Assembly (NCBI GenBank): GCA_000004985.1
Contig: GG738902.1
Strand: one strand, 5' to 3'
DNA from: Naegleria gruberi
Taxonomy: Eukaryota
DNA: 64,000 nucleotides
Shown: positions 12,201-21,313 of the stretch, in pieces
How the letters are laid out: each line of letters starts with the position of its first letter
Position numbering within the stretch: position 1 is the stretch's first letter
The notes under the pieces: model-generated
What the model was told of the DNA's origin: nothing
What the model saw: only the letters and a program-made list of their open reading frames with translations
The model's database searches: none
Position numbers and translations under genes: made by a program

Positions 12201-12268
12201 ACTCACTTAAACGAAAGAATTACAAGGTAACTTCAACACTTACTTTGAAACCTAAGGTCTCCCAATAA
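9218..12268 (+). CDS. Penicillin amidase / acyl-homoserine-lactone acylase family Ntn-hydrolase with an N-terminal transmembrane region (1016 aa, no introns)
   Basis: SNAWAVHGSKTKNGKPILANDPHM is the hallmark beta-subunit N-terminal nucleophile region of the penicillin acylase family. Residues about 75-210 contain 3-4 hydrophobic helices. Confidence 0.7.
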   Translation: MASSPEIVEVVDSSSTIDNSEQKSSLIPSTDHNSWLTPVSINQLLHKAQQEKEEEENKEENTDPKKKKKKIRWYHTKCFIYFAAIILAAISILTIIISYVLFVRHNHLLFVCNSAEFIVVSFFEVIILICAAIVAFKLNEWYKQHHSEVAESDEDLKLKYSDNLARDKLIMKFQNTSVVISLCLLTIFTLIYLALFVILLYGISKTTPSLSGVEYYTPIQHETVIEKEKTSGVFHIHAKTDYELFFAQGVVTAKERLFQMEIMRRMGRGTLSALIGEDALELDKWSRTLGLLRNSKNHLQDLDYRANLTLTAFFDGVNSYLKTNPKMPPEYWLIFNKKTIHKFEVVDALVFWKLAALDISTNIFMEKVRFNSLRKNNTLAHTMEFYPTYPRSWPEQFKKTDLNIQATQEEIDALEERFTNNFGAFMPKNEQSDNDNNNDGDGDIVPEDPEDPIVQEGFTRKLRKIKKNHPAVYNSIESFFNKKSHESYFASNAWAVHGSKTKNGKPILANDPHMKLTAPLPFIMFHLVSEESGLDTIGATYPLIPGIVIGRNKNSSWAITSSGSDVQDLFVLDQISDSTYVVNGTEHDYVTHQEEIHFDNTQSVTIHVKDSIYGPVVNTLLGWEDIQEVVALSWTGIKDNDTSLNAVIGIMYQNNWPQFHENMRHLVSPPMNYIYTDAENICSLVAGMVPIRKYGHTGLFPVSGNGTFDYEGYVPYEKMPYVCNPERKFVVAANARIEPPGYPYYLGADVGTKYRLERIEDLLSSNKTFNITNMVDIQLDTYSKLFFDLKPFISKLKNTSLTFQEEVIRKDLEKWDGYLILGSKQASLFEMFHTKLWNMSYADLGVENSNIIYIKNALNKTGRCSPNLPKTCMSYAVSAFKQSIADLKVLSKSTEIPSWGVGIHSTTYFHPVFHSYAFSCACDKRHYVPGGTDTINFSRVTETNLDSSHGVAFRQITSMSDADGDLFITPLGQSANWLDYDYHSNLQIFAEGRYHSLKRKNYKVTSTLTLKPKVSQ

Positions 12269-12360
12269 ATCGACTGATTAGTTGTGAATTAATGGTATTG
12301 TTGATTGGTAAACCCAATCAATTTTATTGTAAAAGTTCCACAACAATCAGAATAAAAAAA

Positions 12361-14607
12361 ATGAAGCGAAATCTACTTCGTTCTTCTCATGTGAGAAATA
12401 AGATCAAAACACATGCCAACAAGATTACACTTACCCGTCCAAACATATCACAGAAAATATCTCTCCAATCAGAATCCTACAATTTGTCCCCAAATGTTCG
12501 TTCCATCAGCTCCACGATCACACATGGTAACCCCTTGTTGAAACAGTCAATCAATGTTAATGATATTGGCTCAACTAATACTGCCAACATCAATAGAACA
12601 TTCTCAACTAATATATTGGTCATGCAAAATAATGACACAACCAAGACAGATGCCTTCTCCAATTTGATGGACAATCTCTTTGTGAAAGTTAAACGACACG
12701 ATGTATCTGAGCATGATAGGACATTTGCCAAGTTTTATGATTTGGATAGTGATGAATATGGATATGTGGATCCAAAAACAGATCCAAACAATAGGACTGT
12801 GACTGAGAATGGAGCTACAACCTTCAGCTCATCAGGATCAAATCTTGTTGATTTCTTTTATTTCACAGTGGAGGGAATTTCTCAACAAAAAATTCACAAA
12901 TTGTTGGATGCAAGTTGGAGAGAACAACCATTGAAAACTCTTAAAGTAATCTTCTTCATTAGAGATATTAGAAATGGAAAGGGTGAAAATGAAATCTTTT
13001 ACGAAACTCAAAGATGGCTTGCATTAAATCATCCTCAAACATTCCTTGAAAATCTCAAAAATGTTCCAACATCTGGTTATTGGAAAGATTTACAAAACGT
13101 ATTGCTCTACATTCGATATGGTGGTCATGAGCGAGACGAACGTCCTAATTGGGCTAAGGAAAAAAATGTATTATTGAAACGGTTGCCATCAGAAAAATCA
13201 CTCTATGAGAAAGCCATTTTCCAAAAGAGGCGTTCATATAGACCAATTAAAACAGAAGAAGATAGAAGAATAAGAGAGAAAGATATTGCCAATCAGGTCA
13301 AGCAGTCATTCTCACCAAACGAGTTGTGGAACCAAGAAGTAAGAAATACTGAAAAATTGGTTCTTACAAAGGAGGAAAGTAAGAAGTTGAAATTGGTTTA
13401 TGAGAAGGCTAAGGATATAGTTGTTGATTTGTATGTGGACCAATTATTGAAGGATCGTGAAAACCTTTCTAAGGGAGAAGTAAAATCTCTAACATTATGC
13501 GCTAAATGGGCTCCCACTATTAATCTATCAACTGATAGACAGTTGGGTATTGGTAAACAAATAGCTCAGAAACTTTTCCCATTCGATCAACCTGATGGTA
13601 TTCAACTTACAATTAGAAAAGAAGGAAAGGGAGATAAGAAATACACAGACCAACAAGTTTACAGATATTTGGCAAATATCAAGTATCAAAAGCTGTTGAG
13701 AGATTTGAGAAAGGCAACTGTTACTATTGAAACATTCATGTCATCAAAAGAGTGGTCCAATATTCCATACGAAAGGGTACCTTCTGTTTGTATGAATAAG
13801 AAGAAGAAATTATTTTCCTTAAAAGACAATGAAAGATTTGTATCTTTTTTGGAAAGTGTTAAAAAAGGAGAAAAGAAGATTAATGGAGCTGTTCTATTCC
13901 CTCACCAACTGATTGAACAGTTATATGCCTCACACTCAAAAGAAGTGAGTGATACTATTGAGCTACAATGGAGAGAAATTGTAAAGAATGTAAAAGAGAA
14001 ATCAGACAATGGAATATTCAACTGTATTCCTGTTTGTGATGTGAGTGGAAGTATGAATGGCACACCTTTAAACGTCTGTGTAGCATTAGGTCTATTAATG
14101 TCTGAAATTAATACTGGAATATTTAGAAATAAGATTATTACCTTCTCTGAAAACCCATCCTTTGTCGATTTATCTGGAATTGAAGGTGTTAAAGAGAGGT
14201 TTGATAATCTATGCAAGGCCGATTGGGGAATGTCCACCAATTATATATCCACTTTTAAATTAATATTGGAAATGGCATTGAAAAATAATCTACCAAAGGA
14301 TCAAATGATTAAGAAGGTTGTTGTCTTTTCAGATATGCAATTCAATGAAAGTAGTGCTGATACGACAAGCCATCAAGAAATTGTGGACATGTTCGCTGAA
14401 CATGGTTATGAAGCCCCTGGAATAATTTATTGGAATCTAAGAGGAGATGTCGATAATATTCCAATCACAGTGACAACAGATAATGTTGCTTGCATGTCTG
14501 GATTTAATGCAATTCTATTGAAAATGTTGATGGATATGGACTTGAGCATTGAAGGTCTTGTTGATGCTTCCATTAAAGATTATGATTTTGTAACATTACA
14601 CGACTAG
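12361..14607 (+). CDS. vWA-domain protein with a MIDAS motif (DVSGSM), DUF2828/UCP015417-like
   Basis: Long ORF. The start is most likely the ATG at 12361, because the track start at 12292 is only 23 bp after the previous gene's stop. The C-terminal region has a DxSxS MIDAS and a vWA-like fold signature. Confidence 0.5.
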   Translation: MKRNLLRSSHVRNKIKTHANKITLTRPNISQKISLQSESYNLSPNVRSISSTITHGNPLLKQSINVNDIGSTNTANINRTFSTNILVMQNNDTTKTDAFSNLMDNLFVKVKRHDVSEHDRTFAKFYDLDSDEYGYVDPKTDPNNRTVTENGATTFSSSGSNLVDFFYFTVEGISQQKIHKLLDASWREQPLKTLKVIFFIRDIRNGKGENEIFYETQRWLALNHPQTFLENLKNVPTSGYWKDLQNVLLYIRYGGHERDERPNWAKEKNVLLKRLPSEKSLYEKAIFQKRRSYRPIKTEEDRRIREKDIANQVKQSFSPNELWNQEVRNTEKLVLTKEESKKLKLVYEKAKDIVVDLYVDQLLKDRENLSKGEVKSLTLCAKWAPTINLSTDRQLGIGKQIAQKLFPFDQPDGIQLTIRKEGKGDKKYTDQQVYRYLANIKYQKLLRDLRKATVTIETFMSSKEWSNIPYERVPSVCMNKKKKLFSLKDNERFVSFLESVKKGEKKINGAVLFPHQLIEQLYASHSKEVSDTIELQWREIVKNVKEKSDNGIFNCIPVCDVSGSMNGTPLNVCVALGLLMSEINTGIFRNKIITFSENPSFVDLSGIEGVKERFDNLCKADWGMSTNYISTFKLILEMALKNNLPKDQMIKKVVVFSDMQFNESSADTTSHQEIVDMFAEHGYEAPGIIYWNLRGDVDNIPITVTTDNVACMSGFNAILLKMLMDMDLSIEGLVDASIKDYDFVTLHD

Positions 14608-14785
14608 TAACTTTACAATAAAAAACATTGTAAACATTTCTTACATTAACATATATAAGGAAATTATAAGAAAAAATTAATATTGAAAAAAGATGTAAGG
14701 TCAATATTGGTAATATAAATACTGTTCCATCTTAATAATATTTTAATATTCAGGCTAAATATTCTCATTTGCATTTCGGATAATT

Positions 14786-14797
14786 TTCCGATCGGAA
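14786..14797. promoter_or_regulatory. Perfect 12-bp palindrome TTCCGATCGGAA, 22 bp upstream of the 5'-nucleotidase ATG
   Basis: Read directly from the sequence. It is GC-containing and sits in an AT-rich promoter. Confidence 0.3.
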
Positions 14798-14818
14798 GTA
14801 AAAAAAAGACCAAAAACA

Positions 14819-17409
14819 ATGAAGAGTTTCATATTCCTACTTTTCATCACAATTCACTATTGTTGCCAAATTATCAACGCCTCCAATCCGATAATCAATA
14901 CCAACGACAACGACAATATTAAATTTAGTAATATTAATAATAATAATAATAATAATATTAAATATATTAATATTAATAATCAGAATGAAATTTCCTTTCT
15001 ATTAATGCACACTGATGATATGCACTCACATTTCGAAGGCTCTGGTCCTGATTCCTCACTCAATGATCGGAGTGTGATGAATGGAGGAAATCAAGTGATC
15101 GGACATTATGCTCGATTATTGACATTGATAAGGAAATTGAAAAGCAAGTTTAAGAATAATTTATTATTGGGTAAGTAGTAGTTGAATGGGTTTGGATTTG
15201 ATGGTCAATTGGGGTTAGATGCTGGTGATTCACATATTGGAACATTGTTTCATACGATTTCAATTTCTGGAGTGTTGCCACAGGTTGCTCCTCCAGAATT
15301 GGACTTTTTTAGGATTGCTGAATATGATGCAATAGTATTAGGTTAGTTTCTAATAAGTGTGAATTTTTGTAATGGTTTGGAATGGCAGGTAATCATGAGT
15401 TTGATTTATTTCAGGATGGTTTATTGTCAATTATTGATAGAATGAATAATCAGAATTATTCCTTCTCACTTCCAATCATTTCGTCCAATTTAATTACTCA
15501 AGGTGAAAATAATATCTATCGTGAGCAGTGTGGAAAAATATGGGAGAAACATTATCAGAAACCAACTAATCTTAATAGTCCAGGAAATAATGGTGTGTTT
15601 TTAACACCCTATGCCACTAAAACATTCAAATCTGATAATGGACAAGATTTGACAGTAGGTATCATTGGAACTATGTCCCCAGCTAGTGCTATGGTTTCCA
15701 TTACAGGTCGTCAACCATGTTTCCATTATACTGGATTCAATGAATCCAAGAAGGAAGTGAATGCTGAGGAATATTCGAATCAAATTTATGAAATGGCTAT
15801 GGATTTGAAATTAGGAAGAAATGGAGCTCCAAAATGTCAAGTGATTGTAGTGTTATCTCATGAGGGAGAGCCAGAGGATAAACAAATTGCTGAAATGATT
15901 GTAAAGAAACACAAGTCAACTTACAAGGAGGGTATGCCAAAAGTTGCTGTAGATATTCACATTTCCTCTCATTCCCATAATATTTATTTGGAAAAGCTTC
16001 AAATTGATAGTGAACACGAGGTATATATTCATCAATCTGGTCCATATGCTTCAAATTTGGGAGTTCTCCAACTTTCTTACAACTTTGACACGCAACAAGT
16101 AAGATTACTCAATGAAAAGGTAAAAGTTCCTCTTTCAAACTTGGTTGGGGATGCTTCCAACAGAGACCTATTCGAGAAGGATCATCTTGGTCCATTGAGC
16201 CCATCAACCTCGCTATTTGAAACCAATGGAATTTGTTTTGATTGCATTTCAAACTCAATCTTGTTTCCTGTGAGAATACCAATTACTAATGAAATACCTA
16301 TGGATCAACCGTATAGAAAAAAGATTGAGAATTACAAACATCTCATTAACAAGTATATTTTGGGAGATTCTTTTGGATATAGATTTGACAGCTTTGTTGG
16401 ATCCATTGATGTTTCAAATGTCCATGACAAAACTGGTGTTGGCTCTATAGTTTCGAATTGTGTTATTCAACAATTTAGAGAGAAACAAGCAGAGGCTCTT
16501 GTCCTTTTGGAATTTTTAAAAAAGCAAGAACAATATAATGAGGAACAGTCAATTGAGGAAAATATTCACAAGTTGGACAAGTCATTGAACGTGCCAAAAT
16601 TCCATAGATTCTTTTCCAAGCTCAGAATTAAGGACGCTGAAAATATACTTGACCAAAGATATGATATTTACTTGATACCAACAGACGGTTTGAGAACTCA
16701 TATAATTTCTCTTAAGCAATGGAACGAAACCAGACTAAACTTTCAATTTTCTGATGCTTACACTTTCCTCTCCTTGGGAAGACTCAGAAGCAGTATTAGA
16801 GAGGATGTATTACCTGGTGAAACAATGGAGGTATACTATCTCCCTCAAAGAATAGCCAAACGGTTGTTTGTTTATACCAGATTTTTGAGTGATTTGCTTA
16901 ATTTACATATTATTGCTTTTTGTCACAGTACTAACTTTTCCTACAAAACTAGATGGTATGGAATTCCGTTCTTGGTAGAGGATCAACTTCACAAGAAGGA
17001 GGAGAAGGAATTGTCTTGGTTCTGGAAAATTATTCGAAAGGTAAAGAATGCCTTGGCAAGACATTACGACTTTTCATTGGATGGAAAATCTGAAGCTCAA
17101 TTCTTTGATGAATATTATTCTAAACCACATACCTTTCCTGAACCACTATATGGTATTACAATTCCAGGATGGTTAGTCAATTTCATGTCCAAGACTGCCA
17201 TGTATACAGGTGGTTTCTTAACTCTCGATATGAGAGACAAGTATGGTAGAATTATCAAAGTTCCCCAAACAAATGAAGGGAAAAGAAGTGATGGTCAATA
17301 CAATGCAAAAGATGAAACAAGATCACTACTTCAAACCTCTGTTAGTGCCACTCCTTTTATGGATTATCACATGTTTGCTGAATGTTTGGCCAAACAAAGA
17401 AATAATTAA
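14819..17409 (+). CDS. 5'-nucleotidase family (calcineurin-like metallophosphatase plus 5'-NT C-terminal domain), secreted. Three exons: join(14819..15170,15219..15341,15389..17409).
   Basis: Signal peptide, then MHTDDMHSHFEG, ...LLLG|DAGDSHIGT... and ...AIVLG|NHEFD. These match the 5'-NT metal-binding motifs (xHxND.H, DAGD, GNHEFD) only after removing two GTAAGT/GTTAGT introns of 48 and 47 nt. Confidence 0.75.
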
Positions 17410-17906
17410 GGTTGTTTATCGTGAGATTCGGTTTCAATCTCTGTAACTTGTTGTTTCTTATTAAAAAACCATCCACCTGAATTCCTTCTCAAACTCTTTT
17501 CCTCTAGAATCCAAGCTGAAATAGCTCTGGAATAGCGTGTAAAGAATTTCGCCACTGCAACATCTTGAAACTCAACCAAACCAAACTTACATTGGAATAA
17601 GTTGGAAGTACAAATGCTATCCCACAATTCTTGTGAAATAACCTCCCTATTCCAATACTCTACTAGTTCATGTCTCGAATGAGTAACTAGTAATTTTGCC
17701 ATGTGAAAAGCATGTTGTTGAGCTGCTCTTGGCATTGTAGCCAAAATGATTTGAAACATGCTATCAATTTTCTGTTTAAACATTCTGATATCACCACCAG
17801 AGTTTATCAATTGTTCCAACTACTTTAATGGCTTTGGATATTGTCTCCTTCTTCAATCCGAAACTCTTAAATATTGAATTACAAATGGCTTTGATAAATT
17901 CTTCAT
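17406..17906 (-). CDS. Small hypothetical protein (about 144 aa), two exons: complement(join(17406..17819,17883..17906))
   Basis: A putative first mini-exon ATGAAGAATTTATCAAAGCCATTT ends at a GTAATT donor, with a gtAG acceptor immediately before the TTG that the track used as its start. This is a tentative model. Confidence 0.3.
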
Positions 17907-18218
17907 CTTGACGAAATCAGTCTTCCTCCAATCGAATCTTGTGAGCATTTCTAACAATTATGATTTTCATAAATAATAAAATAAGACAGCATTCTCCCAT
18001 GTTGTTATTATTATTATTAGTAGTGGTGGTCGTAGTAGTAGGTACTGTGATTGTTCTCTCTGGACCGTTATTCAAAGAAGCTTTGAGGTTTTTTCAATTA
18101 AGATTTCCAACGTATGAGTTATCGAGAGATTGTAAAATTGATGTTGAAAGAAGAAAATGCAACTTTTCACAATTGTTCTAAAGAAGTTTGTGTATAAGCT
18201 TGAAGCTTTTGATAAATT

Positions 18219-20393
18219 TTAATGTTGTGGTTTGTTAAAGAATGTGTCAATTACGAACCAACGGGCCTGATAAAACTTTTGTCTAGCATATCCAACTACT
18301 CGTTTACCAATAGAATAGAGAGATGGAAGTGATTGATAGGCAGATCTGTAACCAAAGAAGAGGAGGTACCGGCGAGCAATCCAAATCAAATATCCATTAA
18401 TGAGCTCGGCTCCCTTTCGATGAAGGAAAGACGTATTATTGGATAACTTGGCTTCAATCAAGTAGACAAACAAGATGAGGGCTGAAATGTTTTCTACCAC
18501 CTTACCAATTTGCTTGTCCATTCCTGGAACTTTCTTACTGAATCTATCACTAATACATTTGAGTACAAGAGAAGGCCAATTAATAAATAAATAATACAGA
18601 GCCAATCCTATTTGCAATTTAAAAATTTCAATTGTAAGTCTCGTTGCCAAGAATTGAGAGAGTGGCATTGATCGATCAGGACTTTCGTTCAAGTATTCCA
18701 TATATTCCTTGTACAATTTGTATGTTAAATACAAAGAGAGGGAAAGCAGTGATCCCTTATATAAAATGATATTTACAAGCTCTGCTGGAGTGCTTATGAA
18801 AAGATATGGTGAATTGAGTCTAATGTCATATGCTAAAATTTGATTTGTATCCAATAATCTACCCTTGAATTCTATCAAGTCTCCTGGCTTGAGGAGGAAT
18901 TTGAGTGGACGTATTCTTCCAATGGTATTTGGCCACAGCAAATTATAATTGGAAAATAACTTTGGATGGATATGATATAATGTGAAAACATTGAGCTGAG
19001 TAGAATTATTCTCCAGAACTTCCTTTGGATTAAATTCTGAAAAGAGACCCTTTGTTCTTTCCCATAAGTTTCTGTGCAATTTTACAGAGGCAGAGTATGG
19101 TTCAACTTTTAGAGTTAATCTCTTGTTATCCCTCACATCTTGATCGAGAAGGGTTGCTTCTTTACAATAAACGAGAGAACCAATATATCTTGAACTTAAC
19201 TCCTCAGGGTTTGATAAAAAGTGTTGAATATTCTTCAAAATAGCATTTCCTCTGAGATTGGAAAGCGTTTGCTTCTCACGAACTGTTTCCAAAATGTCAA
19301 AATCTTGGACATCAATAATGTAATGCTTAATGAGAGACTGACTTTGAGACACTTGTAAATCACCTCTTACTTGAATCCATTTTGGAATAATCCATGGTCT
19401 TTCGAATGGAGATTCATAGCTTGATGACCTCTTTGTAAATGCACTACAAATTTCTTGTAACTTGGAAATGTGGTCTTGGAAAAACTGTTGCAAGACATTT
19501 TTCAAATTGTCTTGTGTAACTTTCACATACGCATTATTTGATGGGCTAATTCCATGATTGAGTAAAAGTTCCAATTTTTTACAGAGGTCATTCTTGTTGA
19601 ATCTCAATTGGATTAATGATTGATAGCTTGTAACTTTTCTGAGTGTGACAGAATCGCATAATCTTGCAGGAATTGAAATAGTTTCCTCTTCATCAGATCC
19701 CCAATTCACTTGTTCTCCAATAGATACATGAACATTCCACCTCACATTATCAATATGAACATTCTTGACCTCCTCTTGATTATCCACAAGGAAATAGGAT
19801 TTAATATTCGGAATGGTAAAAGTTAAGCTTCTCCACTGATAGATAATCTTCTTATTCAACTTGAGCCACAATCTTATTGGCAAATATTGTGTTGGATTAT
19901 AAGAAAGAGGTTGATCATTCAACAAGTAAGTTGTTGTCGATAAGAGAAAGTACGACAAGGACTCGGAATCACCACATACTTTAACACAAGCTTCTCTTTC
20001 CCTCTCATCAACACACCCAATCAGTGATTTATATGAATTACCAATATACTCGAGTGGAATCTTTGATAATACTCTCTTCAGACTCCTAAAAGCAAATTGA
20101 TGAATAAATTCCTCAAATCTAACTTGACTATTCTTTGATGGAAGGGAGTTTTTAAAATTGGCTACCAGTGATCTTTCATACTCCTCTCGTGAGATGAAAC
20201 TCTTCTCGAGTGCTGGCATTAATCCAAATATTAAATCATAGGTATCAAGGAAGGGATTTATATTCTCTGTCAATATTTCAGAGGAGAGAAAGTACTTGAT
20301 GGTATTCTTCTCCTTCTTCTTTGCATATAATGATTGATCAAAGGACAAAACAATCCCAAAATCAATATTCGGATTTTCAATTATTGTGTTCAT
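18219..20393 (-). CDS. Large hypothetical protein with a soluble N-terminal region of about 560 aa and a C-terminal multi-pass membrane domain
   Basis: A 724-aa ORF from an ATG. The last 170 aa or so carry 3-4 hydrophobic helices. No family was recognised. Confidence 0.45.
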   Translation of the reverse strand: MNTIIENPNIDFGIVLSFDQSLYAKKKEKNTIKYFLSSEILTENINPFLDTYDLIFGLMPALEKSFISREEYERSLVANFKNSLPSKNSQVRFEEFIHQFAFRSLKRVLSKIPLEYIGNSYKSLIGCVDEREREACVKVCGDSESLSYFLLSTTTYLLNDQPLSYNPTQYLPIRLWLKLNKKIIYQWRSLTFTIPNIKSYFLVDNQEEVKNVHIDNVRWNVHVSIGEQVNWGSDEEETISIPARLCDSVTLRKVTSYQSLIQLRFNKNDLCKKLELLLNHGISPSNNAYVKVTQDNLKNVLQQFFQDHISKLQEICSAFTKRSSSYESPFERPWIIPKWIQVRGDLQVSQSQSLIKHYIIDVQDFDILETVREKQTLSNLRGNAILKNIQHFLSNPEELSSRYIGSLVYCKEATLLDQDVRDNKRLTLKVEPYSASVKLHRNLWERTKGLFSEFNPKEVLENNSTQLNVFTLYHIHPKLFSNYNLLWPNTIGRIRPLKFLLKPGDLIEFKGRLLDTNQILAYDIRLNSPYLFISTPAELVNIILYKGSLLSLSLYLTYKLYKEYMEYLNESPDRSMPLSQFLATRLTIEIFKLQIGLALYYLFINWPSLVLKCISDRFSKKVPGMDKQIGKVVENISALILFVYLIEAKLSNNTSFLHRKGAELINGYLIWIARRYLLFFGYRSAYQSLPSLYSIGKRVVGYARQKFYQARWFVIDTFFNKPQH

Positions 20394-20617
20394 TCTATTT
20401 TTTTAGGCTTTGATTGTTGTGGCTAATCATTAACACTTTAATCAAAATCCCTAATCAATCAATATGATCATCAATTAATATTGATTTAATTTCATTCCGT
20501 GATGGTGATGAAGAACATTTTCGAAAAACACCACAAGTGTAATACATTTGAGTAGTGCAATATCAGAGATGACTTTTCATAGCCTTTCAAAGAGCAAACA
20601 TAACATTACAGTAAAAA

Positions 20618-21085
20618 ATGAAGATAAACGTACATTTGAAGGTGAGTATTGAAGAGAATAACTCTTGTAATTGTCTAATAATAATTGGATGACGGAATTT
20701 GATGATGACGATCGGATATGGTTATATTGATGCTGGATTGAATGATGATATTTTAAATTGTCATGATGATTTTGTATTTTGGAATAGGAAAAAACCTTCT
20801 CAGTTAGTTGTGGATCAGGAGAACAAAGAGTCATTTGGTTGGCTCATGTTGCTCTTGCTAGATATGATAATAGTTTTGGTTTGGAATTGGGAGTGCCAAA
20901 GGGATTAAAGACAGATGAGGGAGATTCATTGGACTCGGATTCTTCAATCAATGAAGTTTTAGAAGATGGACAACACGTGTGGGTTGTTCTTAAGGGTAAG
21001 TAATTGTAATTCTATTACAAATTTTAGGATTAATAATTATTTAGGATTTGAAGTTAATCCAATTAGGGTCAATTCTACAAAATAA
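20618..21085 (+). CDS. Previously un-called small gene (about 92 aa) with a Par-3 N-terminal-domain-like / ubiquitin-like fold. Three exons: join(20618..20641,20788..20995,21045..21085).
   Basis: MKINVHLK|EKTFSVSCGSGEQRVIWLAHVALARYDNS...HVWVVLKG|GFEVNPIRVNSTK. The donors are aag|GTGAGT and g|GTAAGT and the acceptors are aatAG and tttAG. The length and residue pattern parallel the Par-3 NTD (MKVTVCFGRTRVVVPCGDG...). Confidence 0.45.
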
Positions 21086-21313
21086 TTGGCAATTGTTTGA
21101 TGAGGAGAATTTAACAATGTCGGAAAGAATCACAGATAGTTTTTGTCGATTATTATTACATGATTGTACATTATTGATCAATATATAGAGTGAATCTCTT
21201 ATTGATAATAAAAAAGTTAACATATTTCAGTAATTTTGGAATTAGTTCAATAAGAGATTATACTTTGGCAATACTTTTGGATTTTTCATCTGTCATAGTA
21301 AGACAGAGATTGT

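Noticed and set aside
17960-18181. Small + strand ORF with a poly-Val/Leu stretch between two minus-strand genes
   Set aside because: It is encoded by a (GTT/ATT)n simple repeat at about 18001-18050. It has no motif, no splice context and no plausible start.
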